50,255 nt of DNA from Chloroflexi bacterium RBG_16_56_11 (GCA_001796865.1 MGNQ01000019.1:4472-54726), one strand, 5' to 3'; shown: positions 35,012-43,775, numbered from the stretch's first letter. The notes: generated from the sequence alone by a model not told the origin. Numbers and translations: made by a program.

Positions 35012-35896
35012 TTAAAGTCCCGCCGCCGCCAGGATGTCCGGCACGACTTCCTCTTTGCCGATGGCCATGATATGCACGCCTTGACAGATTGCCGCTTTCT
35101 TCAAGGTGGCGATAGTGCGCCCGGCGATTTCGATCCCTTTAGCCAGCACCTTGTCCTTTGGTGTTGCGGCTAGCTCGTCAATCAGGTTTTGCGGAACAAA
35201 AATGCCCGGGACGTTTTCCGTCATATATTTAGCCATGCGCGCCGACGATAGCAGGACGATGCCGGCCAGTATTTTGGTTTTTAGTTTCCGGGCATATTCC
35301 ATGAACCGGGCAAAATTCTCCAGGTCGTAGATTGCCTGGGTCTGGAAAAACTCGGCGCCCGCCTCGACTTTTTTTTCAAACTTAATAAGCTGTGGTTCGA
35401 TAGGACGCGCCTCAGGGGTGACGATAGCCCCGGCGCAAAACTCTATCACGCCCTCCAGCTTGTTACCGCCGAGGTCCTGGCCGGCAGCCATCTGGCGTAT
35501 CGTTTTCAGCAGCTGCAGGGAATCCAGGTCGAAGACGCCTTTGGCTTCTTTGTGGTCGCCTACCGGCACGGCATCACCGGTAAGGCAAAGAACGTTTCCA
35601 ATACCTCGACTATGGGCAAAAAGCAAGTCGGCTTCCAGCGCCATCCGGTTACGGTCGCGGCAGGTCATCTGCAATATCGCCTCGCCGCCTTTTTCTTTAA
35701 TCGCCAGACACCCGCCGAGTGAAGGGAATCGCATCACCGAGCTCTGGTGGTCGGTAACGTTTATCGCATCCACTTTATCCTTAAGAATATCGATATGGTG
35801 CCGCATCTTGTCCAGGTTCGTACCTTTGGGCGGGGCAACCTCGCTGGTAATCACGAATTTACCGGAGTTGAGAGCTTCTTTAAAACGAGAGACCAT
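35012..35896 (-). CDS. metF: Methylenetetrahydrofolate reductase, catalytic subunit
   Basis: Contains FVITSEVAPPKG, AINVTDHQSS, ILQMTCRDRN and NVLCLTGD. RBS GAGGGGG. It lies 13 nt downstream of metV. Confidence 0.9.
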   Translation of the reverse strand: MVSRFKEALNSGKFVITSEVAPPKGTNLDKMRHHIDILKDKVDAINVTDHQSSVMRFPSLGGCLAIKEKGGEAILQMTCRDRNRMALEADLLFAHSRGIGNVLCLTGDAVPVGDHKEAKGVFDLDSLQLLKTIRQMAAGQDLGGNKLEGVIEFCAGAIVTPEARPIEPQLIKFEKKVEAGAEFFQTQAIYDLENFARFMEYARKLKTKILAGIVLLSSARMAKYMTENVPGIFVPQNLIDELAATPKDKVLAKGIEIAGRTIATLKKAAICQGVHIMAIGKEEVVPDILAAAGL

Positions 35897-35909
35897 CTTG
35901 GTTACCCCC

Positions 35910-36554
35910 TCACACTATTTTCACAGCTCTGGGCTTCAGGGCGACATGATGGTTACGCGGCGGCTGGTAACGGTGCATCAACTCGAGCCGACCCTGCGCG
36001 TTCAGGCGGTTGTAGATGAGCGTCCAGGCGCAGTCCTTTTCCTTATCCACCTCGCACCTGCCGTTATTGGTGCCGCCACAGGGGCCGTTGACCAGCCCTT
36101 TATGGCAGGCGGTGATAGGGCAGATGCCGGCGGTCTCCCCGAGGATACACTGGCCGCACTGAGCGCAGGCCTCGCGGAAGAAACCGGGCGTTTCCTCGAC
36201 GCCGATAAACAGCGTGTCTACGCCCGGGATCACCGGCTTGCCCAGGGAAAGACTCATGCGGTGTACGCCGAGGGCGCAGGCCAGCGACAGGATACAGTCG
36301 GCGCTGCGGATGAATTGCTCGTTCTCTTTGAGCGATAGCTCGGTCATATCGTCGCAGGCGGTGGGGATGACGGTGCTGCCGGTGACGCGTTTGCCCATCT
36401 GCTGGAGCCGCCCTTTAATCTCTTCGACCTGGTCTATGCCGCCGGTCTTCGTCATCGTGGTGCAGGTGCCGCAGCCGACGACGAAGACCCGGTCAAGCCC
36501 TTTGAGCCCCTGCTGTATCTCTTCGGTAGTTTTTTGTTTAGTAATCGATTTCAT
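35910..36554 (-). CDS. metV: MTHFR C-terminal-domain zinc/FeS protein (acetogen-type MetV)
   Basis: Contains VVGCGTCTT..., CAQCGQCILGETAGICPITACHKGLVNGPCGG and GRCEVD. Its position directly upstream of metF matches known metVF operons. Confidence 0.8.
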   Translation of the reverse strand: MKSITKQKTTEEIQQGLKGLDRVFVVGCGTCTTMTKTGGIDQVEEIKGRLQQMGKRVTGSTVIPTACDDMTELSLKENEQFIRSADCILSLACALGVHRMSLSLGKPVIPGVDTLFIGVEETPGFFREACAQCGQCILGETAGICPITACHKGLVNGPCGGTNNGRCEVDKEKDCAWTLIYNRLNAQGRLELMHRYQPPRNHHVALKPRAVKIV

Positions 36555-36577
36555 GGCGAATACCTCTTTTTAAATGC

Positions 36578-39500
36578 TTACCCCTCCAGGTCACAGCGCA
36601 GGCACCTTTTTGCCTCACGCCTGGCTATCTCCTCGCCAAAGCCGAGCTCTATTTCCGCAAAGCTGGCGCTCCGCTCCGGCAGCGGGAGCGTCGTCATTTT
36701 TGTCCTGGGTCTCGTCTCCCACGTCTCATCAAGCTCCTTCGGCCGCACCGCCACGACCGCTGATTTCCGGTCGTAGACTTCAACACGGGAGGCGTCTTTG
36801 CGGAGGTACTTATCAATAGCGATAGCCCCCCTCCTCCCGGCGGCGATGGCCTCGACGACCATGCCCGGTCCGGTGACGAAATCGCCGCCGGCAAAGACGC
36901 CCGGGACATTAGTCGCCAGGGTATTGCTGTCGGTAACCAGGGTTTCCCACCTGGTGCGTTCCAGCTGGCTGTCCGGGGGCAAGAACGAAAGGTCGGGCGC
37001 CTGGCCGACGGCAGCAATCACGGTGTCCGCCCCGACGAGAAATTCGGAGCCTTCGATAGGGATGGGACGGCGCCGTCCGCTTTCGTCAGGCTCACCCAGC
37101 TTCATGCGGGTGCACTGGAGCCCGGTCACTTTCCAGTTATTGCTGGTTATGCGGGTCGGCGTGGAGAGGAAATTCATTTCGACACCCTCTGCGGCGGCGT
37201 CTTCGTACTCCACCTCGGATACCGGCATCTCCTCCCGCGAGCGGCGGTAGTAAATAGCGGCCTGTTCAGCTCCGAGCCGCAACGCCGTCCGCGCGGCGTC
37301 CAGGGCTACGTTGCCCCCGCCGATGATGGCGGTACGCCCGCCTACCCTTACCGACCTACCCAGTCTTACGTCGCGGAGAAACCGCAGCCCGTAGTAAAGC
37401 CCTTCGATATCCTCCACCTCTCCCGGTATCCCCAGCCGCTGGCTGCGCTGGGCGCCCGCGGCGATGAATACCGCGGCAAAGCCCTCTTTGCCCAGTCGCT
37501 CGATGGTGAAATTGGTATTGACCGGGGTATTGTATTTAATCTCGACTCCCTTTTTCACGATGTAATCAATATCCTGCTGAATGGCGGTCCGGGGCAGGCG
37601 GAACTCCGGTATCGCCACGGAGAGCATGCCCCCGCCCACCGGCAGGGCTTCGAATGCCGTCACTCCGTACCCGGCTTGGGCCAGGAAATAAGCGCAGGAC
37701 AGGCCGGTCGGCCCCGCGCCAACTATGGCCACTTTCTGGTTTCTCGTCCGGGGGAAAGGCTGGATATCGCCCATTTCAGTGCCGTGCTCCGCGTACCAAT
37801 CGGCGGCAAAGCGTTTTAACGTTCGTATTGATACAGGGTCGTCGAGCTCGCCGCGCCGGCACCGTCCCTCACAGGGATGATGGCAGATGCGCCCGCACAC
37901 CGCGGCGAAGGGATTACGTTCCCTCACCGTCTCGATAGCCGCCCGGTAATCGCCATCGGCGATGTACGCCACGTACTTCGGGATATTGATGCCGGCCGGG
38001 CAGGTATGCTGGCACGGCGATATCATCATGGCCTCGCAGACGGCCGCCGGGCATCTCTTCTCTCTGATGTGCGCCTCATACTCATCGCGGAAGTAGTTGA
38101 TTGTCGAGAGGACGGGATTGGGGGCGGTCTGCCCCAGGCCGCAGAGCGAACATTCCTTCACCGTCCGGGCGATGGAGAGGAGCGTATCGATGTCTTCGTC
38201 ACGCCCGTGGCCCTCGGTAATGCGTGTCAGGATAGCGAGCATCTGGCGTGTGCCGAGGCGGCAGGGGGTGCATTTGCCGCAGGACTCGCTCTGGGTGAAG
38301 CTCACAAAGAACCGCGCCACCTCTACCATGCAGGTGGCCTCGTCCATGACCACCATGCCGCCGGAGCCCATGATAGAGCCGAGCCTGGCGAGCGTTTCAT
38401 ATTCTATCGGCGTCTCCATGAAGCGGGTGGGGATGCAGCCGCCGGAGGGGCCGCCGGTTTGCACGGCCTTGAGCCGCCTGCCCCTGGGGATGCCGCCGCC
38501 CACGTTAAAGACGATATGAGACAGCGGCGTGCCCATCGGCACTTCAACCAGCCCGCTGTTGGCGATTTTCCCCGTAAGAGCGAACACGGCGGTGCCCCGA
38601 CTCTTCTCCGTCCCGAGGCTGGCGAACCAGTCCGCTCCCTTTTCGATAATCACGGGGACAGTGGCCAGCGTTTTCACGTTATTGATAATAGTCGGCTTGC
38701 CGTCCAGGCCGGCGCTGGCGGGGAAAGGGGGGCGGGGGCGCGGCATGCCGCGTTTGCTTTCAAGAGAAGCTATGAGCGCTGTCTCCTCCCCGCAAACAAA
38801 AGCCCCGGCCCCTTCTTTAATATGGACATTGAAATTGAAATTTGTTCCCAGAACCCTGTTCCCCAGGAAACCCCTTTCCTGCGCCTGGGCCAGGGCGGTA
38901 CGCAATCGTTTCACCGCCAGCGGATACTCGGCGCGAACGTAGATATAGCCCTCGCTGGCGCCGATGGCATAAGCGGCGATCGCCAGCCCCTCCAGAATGG
39001 CGTGAGGGTCAGCTTCAAGAATAGAGCGGTCCATAAAAGCCCCGGGGTCGCCTTCATCGGCGTTGCATATCATGTACTTCTGGACGGAAACGGCGTTGTG
39101 GCAAAACTCCCACTTGTTGCCGGTGGGAAAGCCGGCGCCGCCCCTCCCGCGTAGCCCGGAACGCTTTACCAGGTCGATTACTTCCCTGGGCTGCATCGCA
39201 GTAAGCGATTTCTTCAGCGACTGGTAGCCCCCCCGCGCCAGATAGTCGTCTATCTTTTCAGGATTGATGTGACCGCAGTTGCGCATGACGACGCGCTGTT
39301 GCTCACTATAGAACCTGATATCCGCGTAATGCGACACCGCCTGTCCTGTCATCGGTTCGCGGTAGAAAAGGCGCTCGACCGGTTGTGAATTCCCGAGGTG
39401 CGAACGGACGATTTCGGCCGCGTCCTCGACTTCGACGTGCGTATAAAAGATACCATCAGGCTCGACGACAACGTTCGGTCCCTGCTGGCAAAAACCGTGG

Positions 39501-39637
39501 CAGCCGGAAAAATCAACCTCGGCTCCCGGTACGCCCTGTTTGGCCAGCTCCGCCCTCAAGGCTTCATAGACGGCATCACCGCCCCCTGAAACGCATCCCG
39601 TACCCCGGCAAACGAATATCGTACGCTTCGGCGGCAT
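36578..39637 (-). CDS. Three-module flavoprotein: thioredoxin-like [2Fe-2S] domain + NuoF/HydB-like FMN/NADH module + GltD/NfnB-like FAD/NAD(P)H module
   Basis: N-terminus: IFVCRGTGCVSGG...CHGFCQQGP. NuoF module: GRGGAGFPTGNKWEF, NADEGDPGAF, ESCGKCTPCRLGT. GltD module: CQHTCPAGINIP, GRICHHPCEGRC, VAIVGAGPTGLSCAYFL, TAIIGGGNVALDAART. Confidence 0.85.
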   Translation of the reverse strand: MPPKRTIFVCRGTGCVSGGGDAVYEALRAELAKQGVPGAEVDFSGCHGFCQQGPNVVVEPDGIFYTHVEVEDAAEIVRSHLGNSQPVERLFYREPMTGQAVSHYADIRFYSEQQRVVMRNCGHINPEKIDDYLARGGYQSLKKSLTAMQPREVIDLVKRSGLRGRGGAGFPTGNKWEFCHNAVSVQKYMICNADEGDPGAFMDRSILEADPHAILEGLAIAAYAIGASEGYIYVRAEYPLAVKRLRTALAQAQERGFLGNRVLGTNFNFNVHIKEGAGAFVCGEETALIASLESKRGMPRPRPPFPASAGLDGKPTIINNVKTLATVPVIIEKGADWFASLGTEKSRGTAVFALTGKIANSGLVEVPMGTPLSHIVFNVGGGIPRGRRLKAVQTGGPSGGCIPTRFMETPIEYETLARLGSIMGSGGMVVMDEATCMVEVARFFVSFTQSESCGKCTPCRLGTRQMLAILTRITEGHGRDEDIDTLLSIARTVKECSLCGLGQTAPNPVLSTINYFRDEYEAHIREKRCPAAVCEAMMISPCQHTCPAGINIPKYVAYIADGDYRAAIETVRERNPFAAVCGRICHHPCEGRCRRGELDDPVSIRTLKRFAADWYAEHGTEMGDIQPFPRTRNQKVAIVGAGPTGLSCAYFLAQAGYGVTAFEALPVGGGMLSVAIPEFRLPRTAIQQDIDYIVKKGVEIKYNTPVNTNFTIERLGKEGFAAVFIAAGAQRSQRLGIPGEVEDIEGLYYGLRFLRDVRLGRSVRVGGRTAIIGGGNVALDAARTALRLGAEQAAIYYRRSREEMPVSEVEYEDAAAEGVEMNFLSTPTRITSNNWKVTGLQCTRMKLGEPDESGRRRPIPIEGSEFLVGADTVIAAVGQAPDLSFLPPDSQLERTRWETLVTDSNTLATNVPGVFAGGDFVTGPGMVVEAIAAGRRGAIAIDKYLRKDASRVEVYDRKSAVVAVRPKELDETWETRPRTKMTTLPLPERSASFAEIELGFGEEIARREAKRCLRCDLEG

Positions 39638-39638
39638 G

Positions 39639-40124
39639 TTACTCCTTTTTATTCCTGCCGAATATTCGCGATATTTTCTTGGGATTCAGATTACCGTGTG
39701 TATCTTTATTTATCATCATGTTCGGCGCCAGCGCGCAAACGCCGAGGCAGGCGACCGTTTCCAGGGTGTATTCCATGTCTTCAGTCGTCTGGCCTTCGTC
39801 GACGCCGAGGTGCTGCTTGACCAGCTTCAGGATAGATTTGCCGCCCCGCACGTGGCAGGCCGTCCCGCGGCAGACACTGACGATATTCCTGCCGCGGGGA
39901 TGGGTATATAGCTGGGAATAAAAACTAACCACTCCCTGCACCTGGCTGGGGAACAGTCCAAGCGAGCCGGCGATACGCGGTATCGCTTCCGGAGGGATAT
40001 AGCCGATCTTCTCCTGTATCTCCTGAGCGAGCGGAATCAGCGCCCATTTCTGTCCCTTGTAGCCCGTGATGATTTTTTCCACCTGCTTCATGTTGACGGC
40101 GGGCGCTTTATTTTGCTTCTCCAT
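39639..40124 (-). CDS. NuoE/HydC-like thioredoxin-fold [2Fe-2S] subunit
   Basis: Contains ALIPLAQEIQEKIGYIP, FYSQLY and VCRGTACHVRG. The stop lies 1 nt before the NuoF-like start. Confidence 0.85.
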   Translation of the reverse strand: MEKQNKAPAVNMKQVEKIITGYKGQKWALIPLAQEIQEKIGYIPPEAIPRIAGSLGLFPSQVQGVVSFYSQLYTHPRGRNIVSVCRGTACHVRGGKSILKLVKQHLGVDEGQTTEDMEYTLETVACLGVCALAPNMMINKDTHGNLNPKKISRIFGRNKKE

Positions 40125-42804
40125 CTTCGGTAATCCTTTCCAGCCTGACGGCGCATGTTTTCAACGCGGGCGCTTTAGTTCCGGCGCTGAGGACCGCAGG
40201 GAAAAGTTCGTAGACACCGCCAGAATAAGATAGCGGCATGTAGAGCAAGCCGCGCGGAAGAGAATCGTTAATTTTGAGATATGTCAGTAGTTCCCCGTGC
40301 GCCGAAACAACTTTGACCCGGCTAACGCCGTTAACGCCCAGCCCCCCGGCATCAACGGCGCTGATTTCGAGGTAATCACCCGGCGAAAATTGTTTTAAAC
40401 GCGCTGAACGTGAGCTGCGGCCGTCGGCGCCAAAGCGATACCGGCTGGAGCCGACCATCAGAGTAAACCGGTGACCGTTGGTTTTCTCGTCGATAATGGG
40501 GGTGTACTCTACCGGGACGAAACGCCCGAAACCCCTCGGGAATAAGCCGTGATACAGGCGCCGGTTACCGGGCATGGTATCATCGACATCACTTAAGTCC
40601 GGGTCGCCGGTACGGGCGTGGGCGGCGGCCGCCGGGTGGTAAAAGGGAACTATTCTTTCGATCTCTTCCCTGACCTGCTGCAGAGAAGAGAACGGCATTG
40701 GAGAGCCGGATGCCCTGGCCAGCCGCATGATTATCTCGCTATCCGGCAGACTAATGCCGACGGGCTCCAGGGCTTTCTGCACCCGCTGGATTATCCCCGC
40801 GAAATTGGTGAACGTGCCTTCCTTTTCGGCAAAGGAGGCCGCCGGCAATACGACCGACGCCAGCCCGGCCATTTCCGTGAGAAACATATCCGCCACCACG
40901 ATAAATTCGAGTTTCGATAGTGCCTCCTTAACTCTCGACGGCTGCGGAAAGGCCACCATTGGATTTTCTCCTATGATGAACATGCCCTTGACTACACCAG
41001 CTTCGGCAGCCTGGATCATCTCCATGGCGGTCAGCCCCGGGCGCGAGGATAATGAGCAGTGCCAGCGCTCTTCAAGTCGTTTCCTGGCTTGGACATCACT
41101 GAGGTCCTGGTAGCCGGGGAGGAAATCCGGCAGGGCGCCCATGTCACAGGCGCCGTGGGCGTTGTTTTCCCTCTCCAGGGCAAAGATGCCTCCCCGCCGC
41201 CCGGCATTGCCGGTAAGCATGGCCAGGTTAGCGATGGCGATGACGGCGCCGGCGCTTTCCGGTTGCTGGGTAATCCCGTTTCCGTAGACGATAGAGCCTT
41301 CTTCTGCCCCGGCGAGCAGACGGGCCGCGGCCTGTAAATCTTTCACGCGGATGCCGGTCAAATCCTCAACACGGGCTAGCGTATAGTTGGAGAGGCTCTT
41401 AGCCCAGGCGGCGAAATTGTCTGTCATGCGGGTAACGTACTCTTCGTCCATTCTCTTTTCGTCGATAATTAATTTTGCCAGGCCGTTAAGCAAGGCGATG
41501 TCGGTGCCCGGCCGGGGCCGGAGCCAGAGGGCGGCGAACTGCGTCAGCGGGGTACGCCGCGGGTCGATAACGATGAGCTGAGCGCCTTTGAACTTCACAG
41601 CCCGCTTGATGGCAAAGGATATCGCCGGAGCGGAAATTTCAGGATCGGCTCCGATGACGAAAATAACGCTGGAGCGTTCCAGCGTCTCGAGAGAGCCGGT
41701 GGTCCCGGTATAGCCCAGTGTCGTCCCCAACCCCACCCGACTTGCCGCGTTGTAAAGACGACTGCCGTTATCGATGTTGTTCGTCCCCAGTACACTCCGG
41801 GTGAACCTCTGTAACAGGTAGTTCTCTTCATTGGTGCATTTGGAAGCGCCGAACACCCCCAGCGCATCGGCTCCGTCGGCTTTTTTTATCTGCATAAACC
41901 TGTCAGCTACCACCGACAAAGCCTCTTCCCAGGTTGTTTCCTTGAACCTGCCATCCACTTTGATAAGAGGGCTTTTCAGCCTGTCCGGGCTGTGAACGAA
42001 GTCAAGACCGTAGCTGCCGCGGGCGCATAGAGTGCCCCGGTTCACCGGACTCGTCGGCGCCGGTCTTGTATAAATTATTTTGCCGTCTTTGATTCCCAAC
42101 AAGACGGTGCAGCCGCAACCGCAATACGGACATACGGTCGTGACCGTTGTCATCGCCGTGCCGGTGTATGTCCTGTTTTTCTCCATGATAGCTCCGGTTG
42201 GGCAGACGGCGACACAGGTACCGCAGAAAGTGCACTCACTTTTTTCCAGCGGGACATCGTTCAACGTGGCGGGTCTGACGGCGGTGCCCCGGTTCATATA
42301 GTCGATAGCCCCTTCCACCACCAGCTCCTGGTCGGCCCGGATGCACTTGCCGCACATGACGCATTTAGAAAGGTCTCGCTCGATGAAGGGGTTCAGCTCT
42401 TCGATGACATCTGGCTGAGGGATTTTCTGGTATTCCACCAGACCGATGCCCATCTCCGCCGCCAGCTTACGGAGGTGGCAACGATTCCCTTTATCGCAGA
42501 CAAGGCAGGTATCGGGGTGGCTGGCCAGCAGGAGCTTGAGAATTTTCTTGCGGTGTTCGACCACTCGAGGTGAGTTTGTTTTTATGACCATCCCCGGCGA
42601 AATAGGGGCCACACAGGAAGCCAGCAAAGCGCCGTTACGCTCGTCTTCGACGAGGCAGAGGCGACAGGCGCCCACCGAAACCAGGTTCTCGTCGTAACAG
42701 AGAGTCGGAATATATACGCCCGACTCTCGCGCCAGGTCGAGAATTGATGTCCCGGGAAAACCGCTAACGGGCACGCCGTTGAGGACTATCGTTATTGCCT
42801 CCAC
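40108..42804 (-). CDS. Formate dehydrogenase alpha / NuoG-like molybdopterin-fold subunit with N-terminal 2Fe-2S and 4Fe-4S domains; active-site positions substituted
   Basis: Start placed at GTG 42804, with GGGAG 8 nt upstream and 5 nt after the REC-REC stop. N-terminus: GACRLCLVE, HPDTCLVCDKGNRCHL, CVMCGKCIRA, CTFCGTCVAVCP, CPYCGCGCTV. MopB motifs SKCTNEENYLLQRF and GENPMVAFPQP are present. The motif expected to read NN.D..AR.(U/C)H reads NNIDNGSRLYN. Confidence 0.85.
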   Translation of the reverse strand: MEAITIVLNGVPVSGFPGTSILDLARESGVYIPTLCYDENLVSVGACRLCLVEDERNGALLASCVAPISPGMVIKTNSPRVVEHRKKILKLLLASHPDTCLVCDKGNRCHLRKLAAEMGIGLVEYQKIPQPDVIEELNPFIERDLSKCVMCGKCIRADQELVVEGAIDYMNRGTAVRPATLNDVPLEKSECTFCGTCVAVCPTGAIMEKNRTYTGTAMTTVTTVCPYCGCGCTVLLGIKDGKIIYTRPAPTSPVNRGTLCARGSYGLDFVHSPDRLKSPLIKVDGRFKETTWEEALSVVADRFMQIKKADGADALGVFGASKCTNEENYLLQRFTRSVLGTNNIDNGSRLYNAASRVGLGTTLGYTGTTGSLETLERSSVIFVIGADPEISAPAISFAIKRAVKFKGAQLIVIDPRRTPLTQFAALWLRPRPGTDIALLNGLAKLIIDEKRMDEEYVTRMTDNFAAWAKSLSNYTLARVEDLTGIRVKDLQAAARLLAGAEEGSIVYGNGITQQPESAGAVIAIANLAMLTGNAGRRGGIFALERENNAHGACDMGALPDFLPGYQDLSDVQARKRLEERWHCSLSSRPGLTAMEMIQAAEAGVVKGMFIIGENPMVAFPQPSRVKEALSKLEFIVVADMFLTEMAGLASVVLPAASFAEKEGTFTNFAGIIQRVQKALEPVGISLPDSEIIMRLARASGSPMPFSSLQQVREEIERIVPFYHPAAAAHARTGDPDLSDVDDTMPGNRRLYHGLFPRGFGRFVPVEYTPIIDEKTNGHRFTLMVGSSRYRFGADGRSSRSARLKQFSPGDYLEISAVDAGGLGVNGVSRVKVVSAHGELLTYLKINDSLPRGLLYMPLSYSGGVYELFPAVLSAGTKAPALKTCAVRLERITEDGEAK

Positions 42805-42809
42805 GGCGT

Positions 42810-43619
42810 TTACTCCCGACCCTCGACGTGCGGCTGGAGAGACTCTATCCATGACTGATCACCCCGCGCAACAGAGCGTATCCCCGTCAGGAGCCGGGAA
42901 CTGGCCGCCGCTTTGGGAATGAATCCCACCGCCCCCACCTTTTTACTGGCCAGGACATTTTCTTCTTCGTCATACTGGGTCAGCATTAACACCTTGGCCG
43001 TTTTACACTTCAGGCAAATTTCGCGGGCGGAATCGAGGCCGTTCATCACCGGCATGACGATATCCATCACCACGACATCCGGGATGAGCTCGATGGCTTT
43101 TTCCAACCCCTCTTTGCCGTTAACCGCCTCGCCAATCACCTGGATATCGCGCTGCAATGTCAGCACCGACCTGATCCCGTCCCTGACCACGGCATGGTCA
43201 TCCACGATCAATACCCTGATTTTCTTGGTCGCCCGGTCGAGCAGGGCGCGGATACGCGGCACCAGGGCTACCGGTTCGACCGGCTTGGCCAGGAAATCCT
43301 CGGCGTCCATCTGCATACCCTCGTCCATCCTCCAGCCTTTGAGAAGCTGCTTTTCGGGTGGGGCGTTGATGACCATGATCGGCAAGTTACCGAACCCGAG
43401 GGTCTGCTTCATCCATTTATGGAAGATAAAGGCGTCTCCCCGGGGCATAATCGTTCCCAGAATAACGGCATCGGGCTCATGGGAACGCACCATGTTTTCC
43501 GCCTGGTCGCGATCATAGGCGGTAGCCACGGCGAAGGCTTCATTTTCCAATACCCGTTTCATAATTTCGACAAAAGCCACCTCGTCATCAACAATTAAAA
43601 TAGTCTGTTTCTCCGCCAT
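42810..43619 (-). CDS. Tandem receiver (REC-REC) protein without an output domain; the first REC lacks the phospho-acceptor Asp
   Basis: ATG at 43619; the ORF-track extension to 43820 runs through a repeat element. REC1: ILIVDDE...PDAVILGTIMP, with Gly at the acceptor position. REC2: VLIVDDH...PDVVVMDIVMP...LTQYDEE (NarL-type). There is no HTH domain. Confidence 0.8.
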   Translation of the reverse strand: MAEKQTILIVDDEVAFVEIMKRVLENEAFAVATAYDRDQAENMVRSHEPDAVILGTIMPRGDAFIFHKWMKQTLGFGNLPIMVINAPPEKQLLKGWRMDEGMQMDAEDFLAKPVEPVALVPRIRALLDRATKKIRVLIVDDHAVVRDGIRSVLTLQRDIQVIGEAVNGKEGLEKAIELIPDVVVMDIVMPVMNGLDSAREICLKCKTAKVLMLTQYDEEENVLASKKVGAVGFIPKAAASSRLLTGIRSVARGDQSWIESLQPHVEGRE

Positions 43620-43669
43620 ATCCGGCCCCCTTTCCCCTGAAACTAGGGTTGTATTATAAGTGCTTTTTG

Positions 43670-43775
43670 ATGTCACCCTGAGCGAAGCGAAGGGTCTCGG
43701 AGTGGCGGGGTCTATGGGTACAATGCCCAGCCTCACCCCGAGATTCTTCGTCGCTCCACTCCTCAGAATGACATT
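43670..43775. repeat. Palindromic intergenic repeat of the 'tgtcaYYctgRg..gcgaagcgaag' family
   Basis: tgtcaccctgagcgaagcgaagggtctcgg...ccgagattcttcgtcgctccactcctcagaatgaca. Its arms are related to those at 14187-14215 and 14585-14640. Confidence 0.8.

Noticed and set aside
40108-42804. Possible selenocysteine (in-frame TGA) in the formate dehydrogenase-like gene
   Set aside because: The ORF is continuous, and the motif position normally holding Sec/Cys is a sense TAC (Tyr) codon. No recoding is needed.
42805-42852. Upstream ATG start (42852) for the FdhA-like gene
   Set aside because: It would overlap the REC-REC gene by 43 nt. The GTG at 42804 has a GGGAG RBS and begins exactly at the conserved ..ITIVLNG 2Fe-2S domain. 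The call remains uncertain.
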